Positions 30,642 to 41,085 of a DNA stretch of 64,000 nt are shown here, one piece after another. Below the pieces are notes generated by a model. That model saw only the letters and a program-made list of their open reading frames with translations, was not told the origin of the DNA and ran no database searches. A program made the translations under genes and the position numbers. The DNA comes from Gemmatimonadaceae bacterium (GTDB lineage: Bacteria > Gemmatimonadota > Gemmatimonadetes > Gemmatimonadales > Gemmatimonadaceae), in contig JANRJP010000037.1 in assembly GCA_033763905.1 (NCBI GenBank), forward strand, positions 64,001-128,000, in the 5' to 3' direction. Position 1 is the stretch's first letter; the number at the start of each line of letters is the position of its first letter.

Positions 30642-32293
30642 CCGCGCCGCTGCTGCATCCCTCGGCGCACGTCGACACGTTCGCGCGCGAACACCTGCCA
30701 CCGGCGGAGGAATGGCCGATCCTGCATCTCGACGGACCGTTCGCGTATCCGCCGCAGCTCAACGTGGCCGAGCGGTTGCTCGACGCCGCAATCCGCGAGG
30801 GCCACGGCGACCGCCCCCTGTTGCTCACGCCCGGCATTGACGGGACGTGGCAGACGACGACGTGGGCAGAGTTCTCGCGACAGGTGGATGCGTGGAGCCA
30901 CGTGCTGCGAGACCGCTTCGCGGTGGTCCCCGGCAACCGCGTGCTGCTGCGCGGGTTCAACGGCCGCGACTTGGCCGCGGCGTGGTTTGCCGTGATGAAG
31001 GTCGGGGCGATCGCCGTCACGACGATGCCGATGCTGCGCGAGCCGGAGTTGCGCGTGGTGCTGCGCACCGCTCGATGCGCCCTCGCGATCACCGACGTAC
31101 GCTTGGCGGACGCGCTGCGGGCGGCGGCCGCCGCTGACGATGCCGCCGCCATTCCCGTCACTACGTGGGGCGCCGATGATCCGAACGACGTCCACCGCTT
31201 GGCGATGGGGTACACGGCGCCCTTCCCTGCCGTCGCCACCTCCTCGGACGATGTGTGCCTGATCGCCTTTACGTCGGGCACCACGGGAGTCCCGAAAGGC
31301 TGTATGCACTTCCATCGCGACGTGATGGCGATGTGCGATGGATTCTCGGCGCAGGTACTGCGACCGACGCCGGACGATCGCTGCATCGGCACGCCGCCAC
31401 TGGCGTTCACCTTCGGGCTTGGTGGTCTGTTGTGCTTTCCGATGGCGGCGCGCGCGAGTACGGTGCTGCTCGAGAAGGCGACGCCCGACTCTCTGCTCGA
31501 CGCCATCGCCGCCACGCGGGCGACCATCAGCTTCACCGCGCCAACATTCTACCGCCATATGGCGCTGGCAATCCAGGCGGCGCCCGGGCGATTCGATGTG
31601 TCGTCCTTGCGGCAGAGCGTGTCGGCCGGCGAAGCGCTGCCGGACGCGACGCGGACGCTGTGGCGTGACGCCAGCGGGATCGAAATGCTCGACGGTATCG
31701 GCGCGACGGAGTTGATTCACATCTTCATTGCCGCCGCTGGCACCGACGTGCGGCCGCGCGCCATCGGGCGCGCGGTGCCCGGGTACGAGGTGGCGATTCT
31801 GGACGATGCGCTGCAGCCCGTTCCACCCGGCACCGTCGGACGACTGGCCGTGCGCGGCCCCACCGGGTGTCGGTACCTGGCCGATCCTCGCCAGCGCGCC
31901 TATGTGCAGGGCGGGTGGAATCTGACCGGGGATGCCGCCACGATGGACGCCGACGGCTACGTGTACTTCAAGGCGCGCACCGATGACCTGATCATCTCGG
32001 CGGGGTACAACATTGGCGCCCCGGAGGTTGAAGCGGCGCTGCTGACGCACGCAGCCGTCGCGGAATGCGCGGTCATCGGCGTTCCCGACCCTGAACGCGG
32101 GCAGGCCGTAAAGGCCTTCGTGGTGCTGCGACCGGAGGCGTCCCCGAGCGATGCGCTCGGCAAGGCGTTGCAGGACCACGTGAAAGCGACGATCGCACCG
32201 TACAAGTATCCGCGACAGATCGAGTTCGTCCCTGCACTGCCGAAGACCGACACCGGCAAGCTGCAGCGTTTCCGTCTCAAGGAGCCCAGGTGA
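30638..32293 (+). CDS. 2-aminobenzoate/benzoate-CoA ligase family (AbmG-like)
   Basis: [48 protein letters not shown]. Confidence 0.9.
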   Translation: MTAPLLHPSAHVDTFAREHLPPAEEWPILHLDGPFAYPPQLNVAERLLDAAIREGHGDRPLLLTPGIDGTWQTTTWAEFSRQVDAWSHVLRDRFAVVPGNRVLLRGFNGRDLAAAWFAVMKVGAIAVTTMPMLREPELRVVLRTARCALAITDVRLADALRAAAAADDAAAIPVTTWGADDPNDVHRLAMGYTAPFPAVATSSDDVCLIAFTSGTTGVPKGCMHFHRDVMAMCDGFSAQVLRPTPDDRCIGTPPLAFTFGLGGLLCFPMAARASTVLLEKATPDSLLDAIAATRATISFTAPTFYRHMALAIQAAPGRFDVSSLRQSVSAGEALPDATRTLWRDASGIEMLDGIGATELIHIFIAAAGTDVRPRAIGRAVPGYEVAILDDALQPVPPGTVGRLAVRGPTGCRYLADPRQRAYVQGGWNLTGDAATMDADGYVYFKARTDDLIISAGYNIGAPEVEAALLTHAAVAECAVIGVPDPERGQAVKAFVVLRPEASPSDALGKALQDHVKATIAPYKYPRQIEFVPALPKTDTGKLQRFRLKEPR

Positions 32294-32712
32294 CGTCACC
32301 GCTCAGCCCGTTCACGGTCCCGGGCAGCATTCGCTTTCAACACTGTGATCCGGCAGGCATTGCGTTCTTTGCACGCCTCGACGAACTGCTGAACGCCGCA
32401 TTCGAGGACTGGTGTGCCGCGGCGGGTCTGCCGTTCGCGACGATGATGCGTACCGATCGTCACGGCTTTCCGCTCGTGCACGCGACGATCGACTACCGCC
32501 GCCCGCTGCTGCTCGGCGATCAGATCACGATCACGCACACGGTGCGCGCGGTCGGGCGTTCGTCGGTCACGTTCGGGGTCACCATCACCTCCGCGAACGG
32601 CGTGTGCGTCGAAGGCACGCACATTCGCGTCTTCACCTCACTCGACACCCACCAGTCCGTGCCGCTCCCGTCCCCGCTGCGCGACGCCCTGTCTTCCGTC
32701 GGACCCCTCTGA
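32290..32712 (+). CDS. acyl-CoA thioesterase (4-HBT hotdog family)
   Basis: IRFQHCDPAGIAFF, VGRSS. Confidence 0.85.
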   Translation: MTSPLSPFTVPGSIRFQHCDPAGIAFFARLDELLNAAFEDWCAAAGLPFATMMRTDRHGFPLVHATIDYRRPLLLGDQITITHTVRAVGRSSVTFGVTITSANGVCVEGTHIRVFTSLDTHQSVPLPSPLRDALSSVGPL

Positions 32713-33116
32713 TGCATCGTACGCTCAATCCGGCGGAGTGGCCGGCCCCCAAGGGCTACACGAACGGCGTCGCCGCGCGCGGCACGACGATCTTCGTCGC
32801 GGGTCAGATCGGATGGACCGAGACGCAAGTGCTCGCAGGCCCGGATCTGGTGCCTCAGGTCCGGCAGGCCCTGGTCAACATCGTCCGGGTGCTGGCCGAA
32901 GCTGGAGCCCGTCCGGAGCATCTCGTGCGGCTCACGTGGTACCTCACCGATGTGGCGGAGTACCGTGCGCAGGCGCGCGCGATCGGGCACGTGTATCGCG
33001 AGGTGATCGGACGCCACTACCCGCCGATGTCGGCGATCGAGGTGCGCGCGCTCGTCGAACCCGGCGCGGTCGTCGAGATCGAAGCCACGGCCGTCGTTCC
33101 GGACGCCGCCCCGTGA
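32712..33116 (+). CDS. RidA (YjgF/YER057c) family protein
   Basis: PKGYTNG, VAGQIGW, YPPMS, VEIEATA. Confidence 0.9.
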   Translation: MHRTLNPAEWPAPKGYTNGVAARGTTIFVAGQIGWTETQVLAGPDLVPQVRQALVNIVRVLAEAGARPEHLVRLTWYLTDVAEYRAQARAIGHVYREVIGRHYPPMSAIEVRALVEPGAVVEIEATAVVPDAAP

Positions 33117-33886
33117 CCATCGCACCGCTCACGGTCACGATGCCGGCGGCGCACGTGTGCTTAATCACGTTGCAACGTCCCTCACAACGCAACGCGCTCA
33201 CGCACGAGACGATGGTCGCCCTCGCGGACGCGCTCGAGGCGGCCGATGCCAACTCGGACGTGCGCGCGGTTGTCATGGCCGGCGATGCGCGCGTGTTCGC
33301 CGCGGGCGCCGACCTGCGTGAGATGGCCGCCCTCGACGGGCCGGCGCTTGCGGAGCATCCGCGCACCGTGGCCTGGCGCCGCATTGCGGCGGTGGGCGTG
33401 CCGGTGATCGCCGCGGTCGAAGGGGTCGCGCTCGGCGGCGGATGCGAGTTGGTCCAGTGTTGCGACATCGCCATCGCCGGCGCGGACGCACGCTTTGGAC
33501 AACCCGAGATTGGCATCGGCTGGATGCCCGGCGCTGGCGGGACGCAGCGGCTGCCGCGCGCCGTGGGCAAGTCGCTGGCGATGCAGATGGTGTTGACCGG
33601 TGAGCCGATTACCGCCGCGCGGGCCTGCGAGGCAGGACTCGTGTCGGAAGTCGTTCCCGCTGGCGAGGCATTGCCGCGCGCCCTCGCAATTGGTTCGGCG
33701 ATCGCCGCGCACGCGCCGGCGGCCATTCGGCACGCCAAGGCCAGCGTGCTCGCCGCCTACCGCGGCTCGATCGAGGACGGCCTCGCCGACGAACGAGGGC
33801 GGTTTCAGGCCCTCGCCTCGTCCGAGGAGCGCCGCGAAGGCATCGCGGCCTTCCTCGAGAAACGCCCACCCTCGTGGCGCGACTGA
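33113..33886 (+). CDS. enoyl-CoA hydratase (PaaF-like)
   Basis: FAAGADL, ALGGGCEL, FGQPEI, PGAGGTQRL, AFLEKR. Confidence 0.9.
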   Translation: MTIAPLTVTMPAAHVCLITLQRPSQRNALTHETMVALADALEAADANSDVRAVVMAGDARVFAAGADLREMAALDGPALAEHPRTVAWRRIAAVGVPVIAAVEGVALGGGCELVQCCDIAIAGADARFGQPEIGIGWMPGAGGTQRLPRAVGKSLAMQMVLTGEPITAARACEAGLVSEVVPAGEALPRALAIGSAIAAHAPAAIRHAKASVLAAYRGSIEDGLADERGRFQALASSEERREGIAAFLEKRPPSWRD

Positions 33887-33911
33887 GCTCGTTCGGCCGC
33901 CCCGCCCTCGC

Positions 33912-36900
33912 TCAGCGCTCCAACGGCGGCGGGGGCGGCAGCGCGGCCTGCAGGGCCGGATTCGGAATCGCCAGCACTGCGGCTCGCCACGTGTCGTAAT
34001 CGTCGAGTCGCAGTCGGCTCGCGCTGATATCGAGATGCTGGATCACCGCACCGACGAGCCCGTCATACTCGATGCGATGGACCTCCATCTGGAACCATCG
34101 CTTCTGGGTCGGCGAGTGGCAGGGGTACTCGAGCCGGAACCGCGAGGCGACCCCGTCGAGCACCTCGCGGATGCCGCGGGCAGCCGCCGTCGCCGTGGGA
34201 TCGTTGACGGCAGCGTGCGTGATCTGCAGGTAGTTCAGTCCAACGCCGGCGCGCAACGGCTCAGGCGCATCATTCACCTCGGCGAATCGCGACCACGCGG
34301 CGTTCGTCTGCGTGATCGTCCCATCCACCGTGACGACGGCGACCGATGCCGGCAGCGCATCGAGAATCGACTGCAGACGCAGTTCGCCCCGCTTGACCTC
34401 GGTAATGTCGACGAGGCTCAGAATCGTGCCGTCGGCTGTGCCCTCGCGCACCAGGTACGGCAGTACGCGCAAGTGCGAGAGCGATCCGTCCGGCAGGACG
34501 ACCTCCAACGACTCGCTGGCACCCGTGTCCATCACGCGCCGCGACATCGCCTCCAGGTCAAGGCCCGGCAGTCGGGCGGCGATGTGCGCGATCGGCCGCC
34601 CGATGTCGTGCGGCATCACGTGCACCAGCCGCGTCGCCGCTTCGGTGAACTTGCGAATGCGGGACTCGCGATCGAGGAAGACGATTCCGACGCCCGTGGA
34701 GCGTAGCAGGTTCTCGATGTCGTTGTTCAAGCCGATCAACTCGAGAATCTTCTCCTGATGCTCGGCATTGACGGTCTGGAGTTCCTCGTTGACCGACTGC
34801 AGCTCCTCGTTCGTGCTCTGCAGTTCCTCGTTCGAGGCGACCAACTCCTCGTTCGTCGCCTGCAACTCTTCATTCGAGGTCTCGAGTTCCTCGATTGTCG
34901 CCTGCAGGTGCTCCTTGGTGTACTGCAGCTCCTGCTCCAGTTGCGCGATGCGGGCCGACGATGCGCCGTCGGACGACATATTCTCCGTCGTCTCGCCGGC
35001 GAAGGGCTCCGGGCCATCCTGGAAGAACGCGAGGTACAGCCGAATGCGCTCGCCCCCCATCTCGATCGGACGCACGCGCAAGGTGATGCTCGGGCGACCC
35101 GGTCCGGCATCGATGCCCCGATACGCGACTTCCGACTCCCGCGTCGCGCGACCGAGCGCGGTTCGCAGCGCCGCCGCGAGAGGCTTGGGCAGCAGCTTGA
35201 AAATCTCGAGCGTCGATCGACCGGGCGAGACGTGCAACAGATCACCGACGTTGCCGAACGCGTGCACCAGGTGGTACTCGGCGTCGAGCACCACGCAGCG
35301 CATCCCGAGCGCGCTCGACAACTCCTGATACACCCGGTCGAGCAGCACTTCCTCGCCGGGCAACCGCGTGCCCCACGCTCGCGGCGTCGACGCGCTCCCG
35401 AAGCCATCGACCACCGGGACGCCCGACGAGCGGCGGCCGCGCGATGGGAACGACTCCACCAGCGTCTGCCGACCAGGATTCAGCGCCTGCAGAATGCGCC
35501 ACTTGTGGTCGACGACCTGGAAGTGCGACGCGAGTTGTCCGACCGACTCGCTCGGCCCAAGGAACAGGAAGCCGCGCGCACGCAGCGCATAGGCGAGCAG
35601 CGCCAGCACCTTGCGTTGCTGGTCCGTCCCAAGGTAGATGAGAAAGTTCCGGCACGACACGATGTCCATTCGCGTCAGCGGCGGATCCCGCAGGATGTTG
35701 TGCCGCGCGAAGATCACGCGCTCGCGCAGCGCCCGCGTCACCCGATAGCCATCGCCCTCACGCGAGAAAAATCGCGCGAGCCGCTCCGGTGCCAGATCCG
35801 CCGCGATCGACTCCGGATACAACCCGTGCGCGGCCACGTCGATCGCCTCGTCATCGACATCCGTCGCGAAGACCCGCAGCTCCCGCGAGTCGCCGGCCGC
35901 CGACAGCGCCTCGAGCAGCAGCATCGCGATCGAGTAGGGTTCCTCGCCCGTCGAGCACGCCGGCACCCAGACGCGCACCTCGCGATCGCGCGGGGCATCG
36001 CGCAACACCTGCGGAATCACCGTCGATTCGAGGATCGCGAAGGCCTCCGCGTCCCGGAAGAATCGCGTGACGTTGATCAGCAGGTCGCGGTGCAACTGCC
36101 GCAACTCGGATGGCGACTCGCGGAGCAACGCCGTGTAGCGCTCGAGGTCGAGCCCGGTGTGCATCTGGACCCGACGTTCGATCCGCCGGTAGATGGTGCT
36201 CGGCTTGTAGCCGGAGAAGTCCACGCCGCCCTGCTCACGCAGCAGCACCAGGACGCGCTGCACTTGCTCGGCGTCGATCGGCCCCAGGGATTCGGGGCCT
36301 CCGGCAATCGCGGTGCCCTCGTTGCGGCTGAGGAACTGCACGATGACCTGCGGCATCGCGCCCGCCGGCAGCACTTGGTCGGCCAGGCCGCTGTTCTGCA
36401 CGCTCCGCGGCATCCCGTCGAACTGTGCCTCCGACGGGTCCTGCGCGAGCACGAAGCCACCTTCGGCCTTGAGTTCCCGGGCGCCCCGGGTCCCGTCGCT
36501 CCCCGTACCGGACAGAATCACCCCAGCCGCCCGCTCGCCGAGGGATGCACCCATCGAGGCGAAGAAGGTATCGATCGGGAGATGCAACCCACCGAGCGTC
36601 ACGTGCTCCCGCAAGCGCAGCACGGTGCCGTCGAGCGTGAGATCACTCTTCGGCGGGTTGAGGTAGATGGTGTCCGGCTCGAGCCGCATCCCGTCTTCCG
36701 CGCGCTTGACCGGCAACGCCGTGTGCCGCGCGAGCAGCTCGGCCATCAGCGACCGATAGTCGGGCGAGAGGTGCTGAATGACGACGTAGGCAATCCCGGT
36801 CCCCGCCGGCACTGCGGCGAAGAACCGTTCGAGCGCTTCCAGACCGCCGGCGCTCGCGCCAACGGCACACACGCCCCGAATGGCGACCGCTTCGCCACGC

Positions 36901-36941
36901 GATGGGTCCCGTGCCCCGGGACGGGGTTCAAGCACCGTCAC
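33912..36941 (-). CDS. CheB methylesterase-CheR methyltransferase-coiled coil-PAS-PAS fusion protein
   Basis: [16 protein letters not shown] (CheB triad); [21 protein letters not shown] (CheR); NEELQ heptads; C-terminal PAS. GTG at 36941 overlaps upstream stop. Confidence 0.9.
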   Translation of the reverse strand: MTVLEPRPGARDPSRGEAVAIRGVCAVGASAGGLEALERFFAAVPAGTGIAYVVIQHLSPDYRSLMAELLARHTALPVKRAEDGMRLEPDTIYLNPPKSDLTLDGTVLRLREHVTLGGLHLPIDTFFASMGASLGERAAGVILSGTGSDGTRGARELKAEGGFVLAQDPSEAQFDGMPRSVQNSGLADQVLPAGAMPQVIVQFLSRNEGTAIAGGPESLGPIDAEQVQRVLVLLREQGGVDFSGYKPSTIYRRIERRVQMHTGLDLERYTALLRESPSELRQLHRDLLINVTRFFRDAEAFAILESTVIPQVLRDAPRDREVRVWVPACSTGEEPYSIAMLLLEALSAAGDSRELRVFATDVDDEAIDVAAHGLYPESIAADLAPERLARFFSREGDGYRVTRALRERVIFARHNILRDPPLTRMDIVSCRNFLIYLGTDQQRKVLALLAYALRARGFLFLGPSESVGQLASHFQVVDHKWRILQALNPGRQTLVESFPSRGRRSSGVPVVDGFGSASTPRAWGTRLPGEEVLLDRVYQELSSALGMRCVVLDAEYHLVHAFGNVGDLLHVSPGRSTLEIFKLLPKPLAAALRTALGRATRESEVAYRGIDAGPGRPSITLRVRPIEMGGERIRLYLAFFQDGPEPFAGETTENMSSDGASSARIAQLEQELQYTKEHLQATIEELETSNEELQATNEELVASNEELQSTNEELQSVNEELQTVNAEHQEKILELIGLNNDIENLLRSTGVGIVFLDRESRIRKFTEAATRLVHVMPHDIGRPIAHIAARLPGLDLEAMSRRVMDTGASESLEVVLPDGSLSHLRVLPYLVREGTADGTILSLVDITEVKRGELRLQSILDALPASVAVVTVDGTITQTNAAWSRFAEVNDAPEPLRAGVGLNYLQITHAAVNDPTATAAARGIREVLDGVASRFRLEYPCHSPTQKRWFQMEVHRIEYDGLVGAVIQHLDISASRLRLDDYDTWRAAVLAIPNPALQAALPPPPPLER
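34770..34895 (-). repeat. 21-nt-period imperfect coding repeat (NEELQxx heptads)
   Basis: Translates [42 protein letters not shown]. Confidence 0.75.
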
Positions 36942-39211
36942 GTCTGGCTCCGCGCAAGTGACGACCGACTCTCGATGCCTTCGCGAACGGCGGCGAGCAG
37001 CATTCCTGCCGACCACGGCTTGCGAATCGCGTGACGCCACCCGGTGGCTCGTCCGAGCCGCTCCGGGACACCGTCCAAGGCATAGCCGGTCATCCACAGC
37101 ACCGGCATCCCCGGCGTGTACGCTTCCACCGCCGCCGCGACGCTCGCGCCACCACCGCCCGGCATCACCACGTCGGACACCACGATCGAGAATGCTCCCG
37201 GGCGCTGCATCAACCGCTCGGACGCCATCGCCCCGCTCTCGGCTTCTTCCACCTCATACCCCTTTTGTCTGAGCAGCATTGCCGTCAAGGAACGAATCGC
37301 CGGATCATCTTCCACCAACAGAACCCGTTCGGTGCCCCTCGGCAAGCGACCCGTGGCGGCCTCGGGCGGTTCTGCGGCGGGCGCGTCGTGCGCCGGGAAC
37401 CGCAACAGCACACTCGTCCCTGTGCCCGGCGCGGACTCGACGTCCACGCTCCCGTCGTGCTGGGCCATCAGCCCGTAGACCATCGCCATCCCGAGACCTG
37501 TCCCCTTCCCGACGGGCTTCGTCGTGAAGAAGGGCTCGAAAATCCGCGCGAGCGTCTGCTCGTCCATCCCGTCTCCCGTATCGGTGACGCGCAGTTCCAC
37601 GTGCGACGCGGCCGTCGATGCGGGACCCGACGCGCGCGCGGGACCCGGCCGACGCGCCAGCGACAGGCGCAGTTCCCCAGTGCCGTTCGGCATCGCGTCC
37701 CGTGCGTTCGTGCCCAAGTTGAGCAGAATCTGCTGGACCGACGAGGCGTCCACGTTGACCGGGGGAACGTCGGGCTCCGTCGCCACAACGACCTGGATCG
37801 TCTCGGGAAGCACGCGGCGAAGCATCGCCGCGACCTCGCCGACGAGCAGCTCCAGCCTGAGCGGCGCACGCACGAGTGCGTCCCGCCGACTGAACGCCAT
37901 CAGCTTGCGCACCATCTCGGCTCCGCGAACGCTCGCCGAGGTGATGGCCGCCAGACCGACGCGGAACTGCGGTGGAATCGGAGGCGCGGCGGGATCATCG
38001 ATCTCGTCAAGCAGATAGTCCGCGTTCCCCTGCACGACGGTCAGCACATTGTTGAAGTCGTGGGCGATGCCGCCCGTGAGCTGCCCGAGCGCCTCGATCT
38101 TCTGGACGTGCCGCAACTGCGACTCCAGCCGACGTGTCTCGGTAATGTCGTGAAACACGTACAGGTTGCGACCGGGCACGACGGACGCGCGCGCCGAGAC
38201 CAGCGCCTCGCGCAACGAGCCGTCGGATTGGCGCACCGTGACCACCGCGCGCGCGCTGGCCCGCGCATCGAGCAAGTCGTCCACCGTCGCCGGCTCGGCC
38301 CCGGCCTGTTCCAGCACCGTGACGAGGGCCGCGAGGCGCTCGCCGCGCAGCAGCGGAAGCGGGAGCCCGAGCAACGCTGCGGCTGCTTCGTTGGCAGCAA
38401 GCACGCGGCCTTCGGGGTCGCAGAGCACCATCGCGTCGAGCGCTTGCTCGAACACCGCGCGGAAGTGGGCGATCGCTTCGTCGTGCGCCCGCTGCTCAGC
38501 GCGAATGGCGGTCACGTCGGCGTGCACGACGACGGCGCCCGGCGCGCCCTGCAACGCCGTCACCTGCGCCCGATACCACTCGGTGCCTGACGGCCGCGGG
38601 CATTCGTACTCGAACTCGTACGCCATCGCGCGGCGGCGGAGCACCGACCGCAAACCGCGGGCGAACTCGCCGACCTCAGGAACGCCGGACGCCGCGGCCC
38701 GATCGCACACGTCGAGGTAGTTGACCCCGACGCCGTCGTCGGCCAGCCCGAGCGCGTGCTCGCGAGCCGAGACTCGCCACCGCGCGTTCGCGGCAATGAT
38801 CACTCCGGCGTCGTCGAGCACCACGACACTGGCAGGCAGTGCGTCGAAGATCTCCTCGAGGACACGTAACCCGTCGTCTCGGGCGGCCTCTTGTTCGCGC
38901 CAGTCGGTGACATCGAGCAAGCGGACGAAGCGCGCCGGCGTGTCGCCCCACCGAATCGGCGACCACGCCGCGCTCAGGATGCGGCGTTCGCCGTGCGAGA
39001 CGACGCTGAACTCGGCCGGCGGCACGGGGGCGTCCGCCAGAATGGGCAGCGCGTGATGGGTCGTGGGGATCGCGCGACTGGCGGCGCGGTTCGCAGCGAG
39101 GACTCGGCCTCCAGCCGCCAACACCAGACAGGCGTCCGGATGCGCGTCGACGAGCGCCTGCATCGCGCCGACATCTTCGGACAGCCGGAACTCCAAGGGT
39201 GGGACTCGCAT
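36938..39211 (-). CDS. multi-PAS hybrid sensor histidine kinase/response regulator
   Basis: H-box [40 protein letters not shown]; receiver domain LVEDD...SDVVMP...KP. Confidence 0.92.
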   Translation of the reverse strand: MRVPPLEFRLSEDVGAMQALVDAHPDACLVLAAGGRVLAANRAASRAIPTTHHALPILADAPVPPAEFSVVSHGERRILSAAWSPIRWGDTPARFVRLLDVTDWREQEAARDDGLRVLEEIFDALPASVVVLDDAGVIIAANARWRVSAREHALGLADDGVGVNYLDVCDRAAASGVPEVGEFARGLRSVLRRRAMAYEFEYECPRPSGTEWYRAQVTALQGAPGAVVVHADVTAIRAEQRAHDEAIAHFRAVFEQALDAMVLCDPEGRVLAANEAAAALLGLPLPLLRGERLAALVTVLEQAGAEPATVDDLLDARASARAVVTVRQSDGSLREALVSARASVVPGRNLYVFHDITETRRLESQLRHVQKIEALGQLTGGIAHDFNNVLTVVQGNADYLLDEIDDPAAPPIPPQFRVGLAAITSASVRGAEMVRKLMAFSRRDALVRAPLRLELLVGEVAAMLRRVLPETIQVVVATEPDVPPVNVDASSVQQILLNLGTNARDAMPNGTGELRLSLARRPGPARASGPASTAASHVELRVTDTGDGMDEQTLARIFEPFFTTKPVGKGTGLGMAMVYGLMAQHDGSVDVESAPGTGTSVLLRFPAHDAPAAEPPEAATGRLPRGTERVLLVEDDPAIRSLTAMLLRQKGYEVEEAESGAMASERLMQRPGAFSIVVSDVVMPGGGGASVAAAVEAYTPGMPVLWMTGYALDGVPERLGRATGWRHAIRKPWSAGMLLAAVREGIESRSSLARSQT

Positions 39212-39300
39212 CGGGCTCCTAGGACGCTCGGGCCTAGACAGCCTAAGTGCAAGCAGGAGTACCCCTTATCTCCAGTTAAGAAGTCCCTAGCGCAAGACAA

Positions 39301-39332
39301 TCGGGGGACCTGCCGCGTCGCAGGTCCCCCGA
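39301..39332 (-). terminator. hairpin terminator downstream of tRNA-Arg
   Basis: TCGGGGGACCTGC-CGCGTC-GCAGGTCCCCCGA perfect 13-bp stem, 4 nt past the tRNA 3' end. Confidence 0.75.
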
Positions 39333-39336
39333 ACAG

Positions 39337-39400
<64 letters not shown>

Positions 39401-39410
<10 letters not shown>

Positions 39411-39853
39411 GACCCACCTTTCGAATCTAGCATCTCGGCGAAGCGCTCGGCGGCCAGCGCCAGTTCGTCCCGTACCAGCGGGTCCGCTGTCTGCCCGTCG
39501 GCGGCCGCGATCACACGCAGCATCGTCTCGCAGGCCCCCCGCGCGGCATCACGCCAGCGCGCATCCTCGACCGCGGCGACGACCAGCAGGAGCGGCCCGG
39601 GCGGCATCGTCGTGCGCCGAAGGGGATCCTCGTCGAGGCGATGCAATGCCAGCAACAGCACCGGGAGCCCGCCGCGCCCGCGCGACAGCAGCAAGGCGAT
39701 GTCGTCGTCGTCGAGCGCCCAGAGCGGTACCCGCCGAATGCGATGCAACCACGCCGTGTGGCCCGACGCGAACGGGCCGGCATCGGCGGGGTCGGCCTCG
39801 AGCTCGTCGAGACTGCGCCCGAAGATCGGATGATCGGCGAGAGGGGGTCGCAT
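39401..39853 (-). CDS. CdiI-like (contact-dependent inhibition immunity-like) protein, orphan
   Basis: SLDELEAD...LHRIRRVPLWALDDDDIALLLSRGRG..LLLALHRLDEDPL....PGPLL resembles the CdiI_3-type pattern as recalled. Stop codon lies inside the tRNA 5' end. Confidence 0.55.
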
Positions 39854-39948
39854 CGACGCCCGAAAGCTAGCGCCCTCGTCAGCGCCCGGACGGGCCCGTA
39901 CGTTCTCCCGCGTCGTTCCACTCTCCCGGCCCATTTGCCCCGCCTGCT

Positions 39949-41085
39949 ATGCCGTCTGTTCGTCCGATTGCTCCCGGTGGCCCGGTCCGGGTGGGTGTCC
40001 TTGGTGCGGGCGCGTGGGCAATGGGGGCCCACATTCCCGGCTGGGCGCGAGACCCTCGGGTCCAATTGGTCGCGGTGGCGGATCCCGTCCCGGGCCTGGC
40101 GGAGCAGGCGGCTCGGACCTTTGCGATTCCGACCGCAACGACGGACGCCGCCGAGGTGATCGGTCGCGACGATATCGACGTGATCGATGTCTGCACCCCG
40201 AGCGCCACGCACGCCGAGCTGAGCGCCCGGGCCCTGGCGGCCGGACACCACGTGCTGTGCGAGAAGCCGGTCGCCTATGATTTCCGCGAGACCGATCGCC
40301 TGGCGGCGGATGCAGCCGCGCGCGGCGCCAAGACCAAGCTCGGCTTCACGTTCCGCTACGCGCCGGCGATGCGCTACGTGAAGCGGCTGATCGATCAGGG
40401 GTTCATCGGCCGTCCGTTCATCTTCAATGGATTCGAGCAGAACTCCCAGTTCCTCGACCCGATGAATCCGCTCCGCCAACAGGACCCGGAGGCCGACCAG
40501 TCAGTGCTGCAGGTCGCGTCGCTGGAGGGCTACGGAGCACCCATCATCGACATCGGCGCGTGGCTGATCGGTGCGCCGTACGCCGAGGTCGTCGGGACGA
40601 TGAAGAACTTCATCCCGGAGCGAATGGTCCGTCAGACCGGCCGCGTGATGCGGATGAACATCGACGACGGCGACATTTTCATGGCGGAGTTCGCCAACGG
40701 GGCGATCGGTTCGGTTCAGACCTCCTTCGTCACCGTCGGCAACTATCCGGGCATAGAGGCGCGGATATACGGGCAGGAAGGCGCCTTGATCTGCCGCTTG
40801 GTGGAGGAGCGCGGCATCTGCGAAGTCCTGCGCGGCGCGACACCGGATGCCGTGGAGTTCGAACCGCTGACGGTTCCGGCGGATCTCTACCCGGCCGGCG
40901 GGACCCCGCGCGAGCATTGGCGCACGCTGTTCTACGCGAATCTGATCAAGGACTTTCTGGACGAGCTGACCGGCCTTGTCGACAAGAACGAAGGCAACTT
41001 CCACGACGGCGCGCGAGTGCAGGAAGTGATCAACGCCGTGGAACGATCCGTGCGGGAGCGGCGGTGGGTATCCCTCCCGCTATGA
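39949..41085 (+). CDS. Gfo/Idh/MocA family oxidoreductase
   Basis: VGVLGAGAWA, DVIDVCTP, HVLCEKP, FTFRYAP. Confidence 0.9.
   Translation: MPSVRPIAPGGPVRVGVLGAGAWAMGAHIPGWARDPRVQLVAVADPVPGLAEQAARTFAIPTATTDAAEVIGRDDIDVIDVCTPSATHAELSARALAAGHHVLCEKPVAYDFRETDRLAADAAARGAKTKLGFTFRYAPAMRYVKRLIDQGFIGRPFIFNGFEQNSQFLDPMNPLRQQDPEADQSVLQVASLEGYGAPIIDIGAWLIGAPYAEVVGTMKNFIPERMVRQTGRVMRMNIDDGDIFMAEFANGAIGSVQTSFVTVGNYPGIEARIYGQEGALICRLVEERGICEVLRGATPDAVEFEPLTVPADLYPAGGTPREHWRTLFYANLIKDFLDELTGLVDKNEGNFHDGARVQEVINAVERSVRERRWVSLPL

Noticed and set aside
34770..34895. Periodic repeat as a possible CRISPR array or VNTR
   Set aside because: 21-nt period in frame encoding NEELQ heptads; no spacers and no cas genes.
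39247..39266. sigma54-like element upstream of the hybrid kinase (GGTACTCCTGCTTGCA on the minus strand)
   Set aside because: GG-to-GC spacing is 11 rather than the required 10.
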